Below are positions 13,715-22,779 of a stretch of DNA of 39,386 nt, piece by piece. A program made the translations under genes and the position numbers. This stretch comes from an uncultured bacterium (lineage in GTDB: Bacteria > Bacillota > Clostridia > Oscillospirales > Oscillospiraceae), in assembly GCA_949295195.1 (NCBI GenBank), contig CASFKT010000001.1:1-39386 (forward strand), read 5' to 3'. How positions within the stretch are numbered: position 1 is the first letter of the stretch; each line of letters opens with the position of its first letter. The notes under the pieces are model-generated. The model ran no database searches. It saw only the letters and a list, made by a program, of their open reading frames with translations, and was not told the DNA's origin.

Positions 13715-15046
13715 ATGTCCTACACCAAGGAAGACATCCTCCGGATCGTGGAGGAGGAAGAGATTGAATTCATCCGCATGCAGTTTGTGGACATCTTCGG
13801 ACAGCTGAAAAACGTGGCCATCACCGCCTCGCAGACCGGCAAGGCGTTAAACAACCAGATCATGTTCGACGGCTCCTCCATCGAGGGCTTTACCCGGGTG
13901 AACGAGTCGGACCAGTACCTGTTCCCGGACCGGAGCAGCTTTGCCATTTTCCCCTGGCGGCCCGCCCAGGGGCGGGTGGCCCGGCTCATCTGCGACGTGT
14001 ACGACACCGACGGCACCCCCTTCGTGGGCGATCCCAGAGGGGTGCTCCGCCGGGTGGTCCGGAAGGCCCGGGACATGGGCTTTGACGCCTTCAACATCGG
14101 CCCTGAGCTGGAGTTTTTCCTCTTTGAGACCGACGAGGAGGGCCGGGCCACCACCCGCACCGGGGACCAGGCAGGCTACTTTGACCTGGGCCCTCTGGAC
14201 CAGGGGGAGTCCACCCGCCGGGAGATCTGCCGCATGCTGGAGGAAATGGGCTACGAGATCGAGGCCAGCCACCACGAGAGCGCCGCCGGCCAGCACGAGA
14301 TCGACTTCAAATATGTGGACGCCATGGACGCCGCCGACAAGATCATGACCTTCAAGCTGGCGGTCAAGACCATCGCCCAGAAAAACGGACTCCACGCCAC
14401 CTTCATGCCCAAGCCCCTCTTTGGGGCGGCGGGCTCCGGCATGCACCTGAACATGTCCCTGTTCCGGGACGGGAAAAACCTGTTCTATGACCCCGCCGAC
14501 CCCCGGGGCCTGTCCCAGATAGCCTACTCCTTCATTGCCGGCCTGCTGGAGCACGTAAAGGGGTTCACCGCCCTGACCAACCCCCTGGTGAACTCCTACA
14601 AGCGGCTGGTGTCCGGGTATGAGGCCCCCTGCTACAAGGCCTGGTCGGCCTCCAACCGCTCCGCCCTTATCCGCATCCCCGCCTCCCGGGGGAGCTCCAC
14701 CCGGGTGGAGCTGCGCAGCCCCGACCCGGCCTGCAACCCCTACCTGGCCATCGCCGCCTGCCTGGCGGCGGGGCTGGACGGCATCGAGCGGGGACTCACC
14801 CCTCCCCCGGAGATCCCTGGGAACATCTATGAGATGGATGCGGCCACCCGCTCCGCCTTCGGCATCGAGACCCTCCCCCGCACCCTGGAGGAGGCCCTGG
14901 AGGCCATGAAGCAGGACCAGCTGGTCATGGACGTGCTGGGCGGGCATGTAGCCTCCCACTACCTGGCCGGCAAGCAGCGGGAGTGGGAGGAGTATCAGAC
15001 CCGGGTGTCCAGCTGGGAGATTGAGAAGTATCTGGTGACCTATTGA
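13715..15046 (+). CDS. glnA: Glutamine synthetase type I
   Basis: FDGSSIEG, GPELEFFLF, HHE..GQHEI, ATFMPKP..GSGMH, VELRSPDPACNPYL. Confidence 0.96.
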   Translation: MSYTKEDILRIVEEEEIEFIRMQFVDIFGQLKNVAITASQTGKALNNQIMFDGSSIEGFTRVNESDQYLFPDRSSFAIFPWRPAQGRVARLICDVYDTDGTPFVGDPRGVLRRVVRKARDMGFDAFNIGPELEFFLFETDEEGRATTRTGDQAGYFDLGPLDQGESTRREICRMLEEMGYEIEASHHESAAGQHEIDFKYVDAMDAADKIMTFKLAVKTIAQKNGLHATFMPKPLFGAAGSGMHLNMSLFRDGKNLFYDPADPRGLSQIAYSFIAGLLEHVKGFTALTNPLVNSYKRLVSGYEAPCYKAWSASNRSALIRIPASRGSSTRVELRSPDPACNPYLAIAACLAAGLDGIERGLTPPPEIPGNIYEMDAATRSAFGIETLPRTLEEALEAMKQDQLVMDVLGGHVASHYLAGKQREWEEYQTRVSSWEIEKYLVTY

Positions 15047-15110
15047 GGAAATACCCCCGCCCCGCAGGGCGGCCCCTGCACCATATCAGCGCCAAAGGAG
15101 GGAAACACCG

Positions 15111-15659
15111 ATGGACACCGTCATTGTGGCCTTTGAAAACGCCAAATTTGTCCGCCAGCTCCGGGAGCTGCTGGAGAACTCCGGGGTGGCCGAGTGTCTC
15201 CCCTGCTCCTCCGGGGACCAGGTGCGCCGCCTGCTCCAGCGGCAGGGGGCCTGCTGCGTCGTCTGCGGCCCCCACCTCACCGACGGGCCGTCGGAGTGGC
15301 TCTTTGACGACCTCCCCCCCTCCTGCCTGATGCTGATGGTGGGGCCCAAGCACCAGCTGGACCTGTGCGGCAGCCCCGACATCTTCAAGCTGCCCACCCC
15401 CCTGCGCCGGGAGGAGACCGTCCTCACCGTGCGGCTGCTCATCCAGTTCAGCCATCGGATGGAGCGCTTTGCCCGCAGCAGCCGCAGCTCTGCCGAGCAG
15501 CGGGACATCGACCGGGCCAAGCGGGCCCTGATGGAGAAAAGGGGCCTCACCGAGGAGGAGGCCCACCACCGGCTCCAGAAGCGGAGCATGGACGAGGGCC
15601 GCCGTCTGGTCCAGACCGCCCGGCAGGTGCTGGCGGAGCTGGAGGAGCCGCCTCTTTGA
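15111..15659 (+). CDS. ANTAR-domain antiterminator with degenerate receiver domain (NitR-like)
   Basis: C-terminal IDRAKRALMEKRGLTEEEAHHRLQKRSMD; lies directly after glnA as in clostridial glnA-nitR loci. Confidence 0.88.
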   Translation: MDTVIVAFENAKFVRQLRELLENSGVAECLPCSSGDQVRRLLQRQGACCVVCGPHLTDGPSEWLFDDLPPSCLMLMVGPKHQLDLCGSPDIFKLPTPLRREETVLTVRLLIQFSHRMERFARSSRSSAEQRDIDRAKRALMEKRGLTEEEAHHRLQKRSMDEGRRLVQTARQVLAELEEPPL

Positions 15660-15666
15660 ATGGAAA

Positions 15667-15708
15667 ACGAGCTCCGGTCCCAATTTGGGACCGGAGCTCG
15701 TACTGTTT
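15667..15708. terminator. Bidirectional intrinsic terminator
   Basis: acgagctccggtccca-att-tgggaccggagctcgt. Confidence 0.85.
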
Positions 15709-15723
15709 TATGTGTCTCCTCGC

Positions 15724-16584
15724 TCAGGAAGCGGGGGTGGGGATGACGAACAGCATGTCGTTGCCGCCCTCCTCCTGGGGGAACTGGTTGTACATGGTGA
15801 AGTTGTAGTAGAACCGCTCGGCGGGATAGATGCCGTAGCCGTCCTGGTTGTGGTCGGTGGTGTCATAGGGGTCGGCCACGATGATCACATCGTCCTGGGT
15901 GGTCTCGGTGCCCAGGGTGTCGTAGCCGATGATCACCTGCCAGTGTCCGCCCCAGTCGTTCCAGGCAATCAGAATGGGTTTGCCTTCCGCCAGGGTGGAC
16001 TGGATGGTGTCCAGGGTGAATTCGCTGTACACGTCCTGGCAGTCCAGCGTAGAGGTGTATGTAAAGCCGCCGACTCCGTCCAAAATATCCAGAAGCTGCA
16101 CCAGGGTGGTGCCGGGGTACCCCTCCAGCTCGGTGCCGTCCAGGGAGTGGCGCAGGGCGGCCAGAGACTCCTCGTTCCAGTCCCCCAGCTGGTCGTACCA
16201 GTTGAGCACCATGAGCACGCTGGTCACGCCGCAGCTCCACTCGCTGGTCTGCTGGATGGTCTGGAAATTGGTGAGGATGGTGAGGGTGTCGGTGGACTCC
16301 ATGTTGTAGAAGTCCGGGTGGGCAAAGTAGATGGAGTCGGCGTGGTCGCCCTGCCGCTCCACCGAGTCGGCCCCGTCCTCCGGGGACAGGTCGACGGCAT
16401 AAGGAATTTTCATCTCGTCGGAAAAGTTTCCGGTTTCCGTGGTCTCCACGGTGTGCTTTGTGGCATCCGCAAGGGATGTGTCCGCCGCCCCGGCCGACTG
16501 GCTCCCGCTCTGTGTGGTGGCGCATCCGGCCATCAGGCCCAGCACCAAGGTGGACGCCAGTGTCAGAGTGACTGTTTTTTTCAT
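15724..16584 (-). CDS. Papain-like (C39-type) cysteine peptidase lipoprotein
   Basis: Lipobox LMAGC; QQTSEWSCG (Gln/Cys), GHWQVIIGYD (His), VADP (Asp). Confidence 0.8.
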   Translation of the reverse strand: MKKTVTLTLASTLVLGLMAGCATTQSGSQSAGAADTSLADATKHTVETTETGNFSDEMKIPYAVDLSPEDGADSVERQGDHADSIYFAHPDFYNMESTDTLTILTNFQTIQQTSEWSCGVTSVLMVLNWYDQLGDWNEESLAALRHSLDGTELEGYPGTTLVQLLDILDGVGGFTYTSTLDCQDVYSEFTLDTIQSTLAEGKPILIAWNDWGGHWQVIIGYDTLGTETTQDDVIIVADPYDTTDHNQDGYGIYPAERFYYNFTMYNQFPQEEGGNDMLFVIPTPAS

Positions 16585-16850
16585 TTCTCGATCTCCCTTC
16601 GCCGCATCTGCGGCTTGTTTGGTATTCTGCGCCGCAAAGCGCAGTGAGCTTATTATAGGAAAATTGGGGAGAAATTGCAACTATAAATTTCTGTCCCGAT
16701 GCTCTAACTTTTCCCCCTTCCCCCTTCTCCAATTCGTCGGTGTGACGAACCGCAGTTTATTCAGTAAACAAAACATAGTTTTTGTTGATCGGTCTGATCG
16801 TTCTGCCCGGCGCATAAGCTCTAACAGCAGCGCTGGAAAGGAGCGATGAC

Positions 16851-17651
16851 ATGCACATCACCAAAATGCAGGGGCTGGGCAACGACTACATCTACTTGAA
16901 CTGTCTGGAGACGGTCCCGGAGGACCTGCCGGGACTGGCGGTGCGGCTGTCCGACCGGCACTTCGGGGTGGGGGGCGACGGCCTCATCGCCATCCGGCCC
17001 GGCGTGACCGGGGACTTCTCCATGGACATGTACAACGCCGACGGCTCCCGGGGGGCCATGTGCGGCAACGGCATCCGGTGCGTGGGTAAGTACGTGTACG
17101 ACAAGGGGCTGACCCGTAAGACCTGCCTCACCATCGACACCGGGGCGGGCCCCCGGGCTCTGGAGCTCCACCTGCGCCGGGGCCGGGTGGACCAGGTGAC
17201 TGTGGACATGGGGGAACCCAGGGTCCTCCCCTCGGTGGAGCTGAAGGCGGAGGGCGAGGTTTTCTCCGCCTGGCCGGTGGAGGTGGGCAACCCCCACGCG
17301 GTCATCTTCTGCCCGGACCCAAAAGCGGTCCCCCTGGAGCGGGTGGGGCCGATTCTGGAGCGCTCTCCCCTGTTCCCCGGCCGGGTGAACGTGGAGTTCG
17401 CCGCCCCCCGGGACGGGGACCGGCTGGACGTGCGGGTATGGGAGCGGGGCAGCGGCCTCACCCTGGCCTGCGGCACCGGGGCCTGCGCCGTGCTGGCGGC
17501 GGGGGTCAAGACCGGCCGGTGCGGCCGGAAAGCCTCCGTCCACCTGCCGGGGGGCGTGCTGGAGCTGGACTGGCGGCGGGAGGACGGACACATCCGGATG
17601 ACCGGTCCGGCGGTCACCGTATTTGAGGCGGAGGTGGAGGAATTCTTTTAA
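16851..17651 (+). CDS. dapF: Diaminopimelate epimerase
   Basis: KMQGLGNDY, NADGS..MCGNGIRC, GNPH, ERGSGLTLACGTG. Confidence 0.96.
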   Translation: MHITKMQGLGNDYIYLNCLETVPEDLPGLAVRLSDRHFGVGGDGLIAIRPGVTGDFSMDMYNADGSRGAMCGNGIRCVGKYVYDKGLTRKTCLTIDTGAGPRALELHLRRGRVDQVTVDMGEPRVLPSVELKAEGEVFSAWPVEVGNPHAVIFCPDPKAVPLERVGPILERSPLFPGRVNVEFAAPRDGDRLDVRVWERGSGLTLACGTGACAVLAAGVKTGRCGRKASVHLPGGVLELDWRREDGHIRMTGPAVTVFEAEVEEFF

Positions 17652-17694
17652 TTCAGGGACCGGATAGTGTTTTCCCTTTACAGATTTTTGCCGC

Positions 17695-17725
17695 AAAAAA
17701 TGGCCGCGTCACGCGGCCATTTTTC
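17695..17725. terminator. Bidirectional intrinsic terminator
   Basis: aaaaatggccgcgt-c-acgcggccattttt. Confidence 0.85.
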
Positions 17726-17738
17726 GTGTGGTCTGTGG

Positions 17739-19211
17739 TTATCGCAGCTCCACTCCGCTCATTACAGCGGCGACGGACTGGTCCAGATAGTCCAGCGGGT
17801 CCACCCGGGTCCCGTCCAGGGCCACCTCGAAGTGGAGGTGGTCCCCGGTGGCCATCCCTGTCCGGCCCACCAGGCCGATCTGGTCCCCGGCGGAGACGGC
17901 CTCCCCCGGCTCCACCGTGTACTCCTGTAAGTGGGCATATTTCGTGGTCATGCTCCCGTGCTGGAGCAGAATGCAGTTTCCGTCTTCCGCGGAATATCCC
18001 ACCGCCACCACGGCGCCGTCCGCCGCCGCCAGCACCGGGGTCCCCCCGGCCTGGGGCAGGTCGATGCCTCCGTGTTCCTTCCGCTCCCCTGTGATGGGGT
18101 GGACGCGGCCGGGAAACAAGCTGGACAGCTCCACCGTGTCCCCCGTCTCAACCGGCCAGGAGAGAACGTCGGGCGTGTTCTCGGGCCGGGATACCTCCGT
18201 CAGGTCGGCCAGGGGCTTCTCCGCGGCGGGGCCGGTGTAGGCCCCCAGGGCGGTGGTGGCCAGGGCCAGGGTCAGGCAGGCAGCTGCGCCCAGCGCAATC
18301 GCCTTTTTTCCATAAGTTTTTCCATTCATCATCGCGGTCAAGCGCTCCTCTAATCGCTGTTTCTGGGAAAACAGGGCGGCAGATGGAGTCCCCCTTCCGC
18401 CCGCAGCCAGCCGGAGCAGCAGCTCCCCGTACCGGGCGCGCCGGGGGCGGTCCCAGTCCCGGGCCACCGTCTGGTCGCAGTACAGCTCACAGTCCCGGTC
18501 CAGCCACTCCGCCAGGAGCCGGGCCGCCGGGTTGAACCAGTGGACGCACACCGCCAGGGCGGCCAGCCACTTGATCCACAGGTCCCGGTGCCGCCAGTGG
18601 GTGAGCTCGTGGGAGAGCACCCCCTCCAGCTCCTCCCGGGACAGCTCCAGCTCCGGCAGGATCAGCCGGGGCCGCAGCAGCCCCACCAGCATGGGGGTGG
18701 GCGCCGCCGGGCTGACCCGCAGGGCGGGCGGCCCCTTCTCCCCCTGGGTCAGACGGGCGAACACGGCCCGCTCCCCCGGCCCGACGGGCCGCAGGGTGCG
18801 TCTCAGACCCCGGCACATCCGGCCGTATGCGATCCCCCGGCGGGCCAGCGCCGTGAGGAAGCCCGCCGCCCACAGGGCGGTGAGGCCAGCCGCCAGATCG
18901 ATCTGTCTTCCCGTTTCCTCATGTTCCGTAATCTCATAGGACGGCGCGGTGTGGGAGGGGACCTCCTCCAGCGCCTGGGTGGATTGCTCAGGGACCGCCG
19001 CCTGACGCAGCTCCTCCGTCCCCCGGTCCAGCAGTCCCCCGGAGATGCTCCAGGGGCACAGCAGCCGGAACAGCACCAGCAGCCACATAAGCCGCCGGAC
19101 GCCGGGCGGGATTCTGCCCCGCAGCAGACGGGCCAGCACCTCCGCCAGCCCCATCAGGCAGGCGCCGGACAGGGACAGGGAGAGCAGGGCGGCCAGAAAC
19201 TCCTCACCCAT
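17739..19211 (-). CDS. BlaR1-like M56 metalloprotease fused to a C-terminal M23 peptidase
   Basis: HELTH, VHWFNP, DCELYCD (M56); HGGID, YAHL, GDHLHFEV (M23). ATG 19211 with ggagg RBS, overlapping the blaI stop. Confidence 0.9.
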   Translation of the reverse strand: MGEEFLAALLSLSLSGACLMGLAEVLARLLRGRIPPGVRRLMWLLVLFRLLCPWSISGGLLDRGTEELRQAAVPEQSTQALEEVPSHTAPSYEITEHEETGRQIDLAAGLTALWAAGFLTALARRGIAYGRMCRGLRRTLRPVGPGERAVFARLTQGEKGPPALRVSPAAPTPMLVGLLRPRLILPELELSREELEGVLSHELTHWRHRDLWIKWLAALAVCVHWFNPAARLLAEWLDRDCELYCDQTVARDWDRPRRARYGELLLRLAAGGRGTPSAALFSQKQRLEERLTAMMNGKTYGKKAIALGAAACLTLALATTALGAYTGPAAEKPLADLTEVSRPENTPDVLSWPVETGDTVELSSLFPGRVHPITGERKEHGGIDLPQAGGTPVLAAADGAVVAVGYSAEDGNCILLQHGSMTTKYAHLQEYTVEPGEAVSAGDQIGLVGRTGMATGDHLHFEVALDGTRVDPLDYLDQSVAAVMSGVELR

Positions 19212-19590
19212 GGCCTTCCTCCTCCGGGTACAGGATGGACCGCAGGTCCTCCAGGTCCTGGGCGCTGAGCTGGGACCGCTCCACCAGAGCGGCCACCAGG
19301 TCCTTGGCGCTCCCCCGGTACACCTTGTCAATAAGGGAGCTGGTGGACCACGCCTGGTACTCCTGCCGGGTGAGAATGGGGCGGTAGTAGAACACCTCCC
19401 GCTTCTCCGCTTCCACCGCGCCCTTCTCGCACAGACGGCGCAGCAGGGTCTTGACGGTGGAGGCGTCCCATTGGTGGCCTCCCTCCAGGGCGGCGCGGAT
19501 GGCGGCGATGGGCATGGGCGCGTCCGCCTGCCACAGTACCTCCAGCACCTCCACCTCCGAGGCGGAGATTTTCGCGGCCAATTCATTCAT
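19204..19590 (-). CDS. BlaI/MecI/CopY-family repressor
   Basis: ISASEVEVLEVLW, WDASTVKTLLRRLCEKG, YRGSAKDLVAALV. Confidence 0.93.
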   Translation of the reverse strand: MNELAAKISASEVEVLEVLWQADAPMPIAAIRAALEGGHQWDASTVKTLLRRLCEKGAVEAEKREVFYYRPILTRQEYQAWSTSSLIDKVYRGSAKDLVAALVERSQLSAQDLEDLRSILYPEEEGHG

Positions 19591-19611
19591 GTGGAATCCC
19601 TCCCAAAGATA

Positions 19612-19663
19612 GGGTACAGCTGTAACCTGTCTATAGGTTACACTCGTAACCTCTCTTTGTCAA
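19612..19663 (-). promoter_or_regulatory. Promoter with two BlaI-type operators
   Basis: TTGACA(19663)-17-TAACCT(19640). Palindromes gggTACAgcTGTAacc (19612-19627) and ggTTACActCGTAAcc (19636-19651) fit the TACAnnTGTA box. Confidence 0.85.
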
Positions 19664-19739
19664 GAGGGTTTCAGCGTTTTTTATGATTTCCGGCCCCGTA
19701 TAATATTTTGATTCTGCACAGGTTTTTCGATACGCTGCA

Positions 19740-19763
19740 GGCGGCCGCAAGGGCCGCCCCTAC
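19740..19763 (-). repeat. GTAG-type REP-like palindrome
   Basis: Minus strand GTAG-GGGCGGCC-CTTGC-GGCCGCC just downstream of the ABC-F stop. Confidence 0.6.
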
Positions 19764-19777
19764 AGGGATCAATTCAA

Positions 19778-21283
19778 TTATTTCATTTCCCACCGCTCCA
19801 GCCCCACCGAGGCGGTGGCCACGTGCTCCCGGAAGGTCCGGTCGTGCTCCACAAAGACCATGGTGGGCCGGTACTGGAGGATCAGCTCCTCCAGCTGGAT
19901 GCGGGAGAACAGGTCGATATAGTTCAGCGGCTCGTCCCAGATATACAGGTGGGCGCTCTGGCACAGGCTGGCCGCCAGGAGCACCTTTTTCTTCTGGCCC
20001 GCGCTGTACCCCGCCATGTCCCGCTCCAGCAGGGCCCGGGAGAAGTCCAGCTTCCGCAGGATGGTAAAAAACTGGGTGCGGTCCACCCCCTGCATCTGGG
20101 CAAAATCCGCCGGGAGGCCGGACAGGTGGTCGGCGCGCTGGGACACATAGGAGATCACCAGCCCCGAGCCCCGCCGCAGCAGTCCGGTGTGCTCCAGCTC
20201 CTCCCCCATGAGCAGCCGCAGCAGGCTGGTCTTGCCCGAGCCGTTGCCCCCCAGCAGGGCGACCCGGTCCCCCTCCTCCACCTGGAAGGTGCAGGGGACG
20301 CACACCGGACGGCCGCCGTAGCACACGGACACCTCCCGCCCCTCCAGCAAACGGCCTCCGGGAAAGGACTTGGGCGCCAGCTTCAGGGCGTCGGCGTGCT
20401 CCACGTCCTTCAGCAGGGCGGATTTCTCCTGAATGGCGCTGCGCTGCCGGTTTTCCAGGCTCTTAGAGCGCTTCATCATCTTGGCGGACTTGTGGCCCAC
20501 AAAGCCCCGGTCCACCTTCAGTCCGGAGTTCTCGCCGCCGTACTTGCTCCGCTCCACCCGGTCGGACCAGCTCTCGGTGCGCCGGGCGGCCTGCTCCAGC
20601 CGCCGGATCTCCCCTTTCAGCTTCTCGTTCTGGGCCTCCTCCCGCCGGTCCCGGGCCTCCTTCTCCCGGAACCACACGGAGAAGTTCCCCTGGATCAGCT
20701 CCTGCCCCGCCGGGTTCAGGGCCAGAATGTGGTCCACGCACCCGTCCAGAAAGGCCCGGTCGTGGGAGACCAGGAGGAACCCCCGGCGCAGTCCCCGGAG
20801 ATACCGGGCGGTCAGCGCCCGCCCCGCCTCGTCCAGGTGGTTGGTGGGCTCGTCGATCATGGGGTAGCCGTCCTCCTGGAGGAACAGGGCAGCCAGCCGG
20901 ACCCGGGTCTGCTCCCCGCCGCTGAGACGGTCAAAGGGCCGGTCCAGCAGCTCCTCCCCCAGCCCCAGCTTGTTCAGCTCCCGCAGGAGCTTCCACTCGT
21001 CCTCCTCCGGCACTCCGTCCATCAGCACGTCCCGGGCGGGCCGCTGGGGCTCCCGGATGGGCTTCGGCACATAGAGGGGCCGCTCCGGCCGGATCATGGT
21101 TCCCTTCCCCTCCAGGCTGCCCTCCAGCAGCCGCAGCAGAGTGGTCTTGCCCCGTCCGTTCCGCCCCACCAGGCCCAGCTTCCAATCGGTGTCCCACTGG
21201 AGGTTCAGGCGTTCAAAGACCGGGGTGTGGTCCCCGTCGTAGGTGAAATCCAGGTTCTGGATCAAAATTTGAGACATGGTCAT
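19778..21283 (-). CDS. ABC-F ribosomal protection protein, Lsa/CplR-like
   Basis: Two ABC domains without TM segments; DTDWKLGLVGRNGRGKTT, LSGGEQ, interdomain GFVGHKSAKMMKRSK, LYIWDEPLNYID. Start could be 21277. Confidence 0.88.
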   Translation of the reverse strand: MTMSQILIQNLDFTYDGDHTPVFERLNLQWDTDWKLGLVGRNGRGKTTLLRLLEGSLEGKGTMIRPERPLYVPKPIREPQRPARDVLMDGVPEEDEWKLLRELNKLGLGEELLDRPFDRLSGGEQTRVRLAALFLQEDGYPMIDEPTNHLDEAGRALTARYLRGLRRGFLLVSHDRAFLDGCVDHILALNPAGQELIQGNFSVWFREKEARDRREEAQNEKLKGEIRRLEQAARRTESWSDRVERSKYGGENSGLKVDRGFVGHKSAKMMKRSKSLENRQRSAIQEKSALLKDVEHADALKLAPKSFPGGRLLEGREVSVCYGGRPVCVPCTFQVEEGDRVALLGGNGSGKTSLLRLLMGEELEHTGLLRRGSGLVISYVSQRADHLSGLPADFAQMQGVDRTQFFTILRKLDFSRALLERDMAGYSAGQKKKVLLAASLCQSAHLYIWDEPLNYIDLFSRIQLEELILQYRPTMVFVEHDRTFREHVATASVGLERWEMK

Positions 21284-21306
21284 GCCCTCCTTTGTCGGTG
21301 AAAATC

Positions 21307-21341
21307 AAAAACCGCGAGCTGGGTCCTCCCCATGCTCGCGG
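21307..21341 (-). terminator. Premature terminator in the ABC-F leader
   Basis: ccgcgagc-atggg..ccca-gctcgcgg-ttttt just upstream of the RBS. Confidence 0.8.
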
Positions 21342-21482
21342 CACACCGACAGGGCCCCGGCGCGCACAGGCGCACCGGACCCGGACATAAAACAGCCGAA
21401 GGCAGAGCAGGCGGACAAGACCCTCTCGCATACGGCATGACAAAGCCGGGACCGTCTCCGGTCCTCTCTCGCTCTATCACGC

Positions 21483-21503
21483 TCAGCGATGGGAATTGCG
21501 CAT
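21483..21503 (-). CDS. Leader peptide uORF MRNSHR
   Basis: aggagg RBS, then ATG CGC AAT TCC CAT CGC TGA near the 5' end of a ~250-nt leader. Confidence 0.65.
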   Translation of the reverse strand: MRNSHR

Positions 21504-21537
21504 GCTCCCGCCTCCTGTTCTGTGTCAAGTCGGGACG

Positions 21538-21566
21538 ATGATACCACAGCCCGACCGGGCTGTCAA
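21538..21566 (-). promoter_or_regulatory. Sigma-A promoter of the ABC-F gene
   Basis: TTGACA-17 bp-TATCAT with TG extension. Confidence 0.8.
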
Positions 21567-21577
21567 TCACTTTTTCC

Positions 21578-21606
21578 GGGGGCGCGGCAAAAGCCGCGCC
21601 CCTTTT
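21578..21606. terminator. Intrinsic terminator after the DUF4349 gene
   Basis: ggggcgcggc-aaaa-gccgcgcccc. Confidence 0.65.
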
Positions 21607-21630
21607 GAGACTGTTTATACCTTCTTGGGC

Positions 21631-22563
21631 TCACGGCTGTCGCTCCTCCGGAGGGCTGTCTTTCCGGCCCCGGCGCACCCGCCGCCAGTAGAACAGTCCG
21701 CCCCCGGCAGCCCCCAGCACCACGATCACCGGGAACAGGTGGTAGGACAGCCACACCAGCAGGTCCTGGACCCCCTGGACCAGTCCCACCGCGCTGGCGG
21801 ACAGGCCGGCGGCCATCCGCTCCCCCAGTCCGGCGGTCTCCCCCGGCGTCTGGCTGAGGCTGAGGACCTCCGTCAGGGACAGGTCCACGGTGGCGTAGTC
21901 GATGAGGTCGTCGTAGTGCTCCAGGTCGGTGGTCAGGCTCTGAATCTCGTACTCCGTCTCGCTCAGGGCGTTCTCCAGCTCAATGATGCTCTCCATGGTG
22001 TCCGCCTGGGCCAGCAGGGCCAGCAGCCGCTCCTGCTTGGTGCGCTGGGCGGCCAGCCGGGTCTCGGTGTCGTAGTAGGCCTGGCTCACGTTCTCGCTGC
22101 TCTCGGAGCGCCGGACCACATAGCCCAGAGTACCGGACTGGTCCAGGAAGGCGCTGAAATTCTCCTCGGGCAGCCGGATCACATAGTTTCCGTACCGGGC
22201 CGCGTTCTGGTCCCGGAGGCTGCCCCCCTCCACCTGGGCGGACTGGAAGTACCCGCCGGCTTCCGCCACCAGCGCCTCCAGGGAGGCCGCCGCCGCGTCA
22301 AAGGTCTCGGTCTGGATCTCCAGCTCCGCCCGGCGGATCAGCTTGGCGTTCTGCCCCGCCTGGGGAGAGGTCTCCTCTCCGTCTGCTGCGCCCGGCTCGC
22401 CGGGGGCGCTGTTCTGGGAGTCCTCGGCGGAGAAGGAGAGGCTCTCCTCTCCCCCGGTGCTGCTGGAGACCGTGGCGTCCCCTCCTCCGCTGGCTCCCCC
22501 GCCGCAGGCGGTGAGGGAGAGGGCCAGCAGGGCCGCCAGCCACATGGTCACTGCTCGTTTCAT
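21631..22563 (-). CDS. DUF4349-domain lipoprotein
   Basis: Lipobox LTAC, KLIRRAELEIQT, ENVSQAYYDTETRL, IDYATV, C-terminal TM. Confidence 0.85.
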   Translation of the reverse strand: MKRAVTMWLAALLALSLTACGGGASGGGDATVSSSTGGEESLSFSAEDSQNSAPGEPGAADGEETSPQAGQNAKLIRRAELEIQTETFDAAAASLEALVAEAGGYFQSAQVEGGSLRDQNAARYGNYVIRLPEENFSAFLDQSGTLGYVVRRSESSENVSQAYYDTETRLAAQRTKQERLLALLAQADTMESIIELENALSETEYEIQSLTTDLEHYDDLIDYATVDLSLTEVLSLSQTPGETAGLGERMAAGLSASAVGLVQGVQDLLVWLSYHLFPVIVVLGAAGGGLFYWRRVRRGRKDSPPEERQP

Positions 22564-22619
22564 CTCGCTTCGCTCCTTTCTTCCGATCCAAATGCGGGAA
22601 TTGCTTCTCTAACCATTCA

Positions 22620-22644
22620 GACGGAAACGGGAGCGGCCGGTTGC
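22620..22644 (-). promoter_or_regulatory. ECF sigma (SigW/SigV-like) promoter
   Basis: GCAAC-16 bp-CGTC upstream of DUF4349; matches the AAC/CGT ECF pattern. Confidence 0.55.
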
Positions 22645-22725
22645 GTCAAAGTTCCATTTTGGAGGAAAATTTTCCGCTGGGGGCGGCAAAAGACTTTGGG
22701 GCCGGGCGAACCGCTCCCCGGGAGA

Positions 22726-22754
22726 GCACCTCCCCTCCGTTCCCCGCATAGGAT
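22726..22754 (+). promoter_or_regulatory. Possible sigma-K/sigma-E sporulation promoter
   Basis: gcAC-17 bp-CATAggaT upstream of the amidase. Confidence 0.4.
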
Positions 22755-22779
22755 GGGAAAAAACAGGAGGTAACGCCCT

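Noticed and set aside
19212-19586. N-terminal 125-aa extension of the M56-M23 ORF
   Set aside because: Alternate frame of blaI; a proper RBS and ATG exist at 19211.
19673-19737. Possible IS-end remnant (cagcgt...tttttcgatacgctg)
   Set aside because: Only about 6 bp of inverted match and no transposase; too weak to call.
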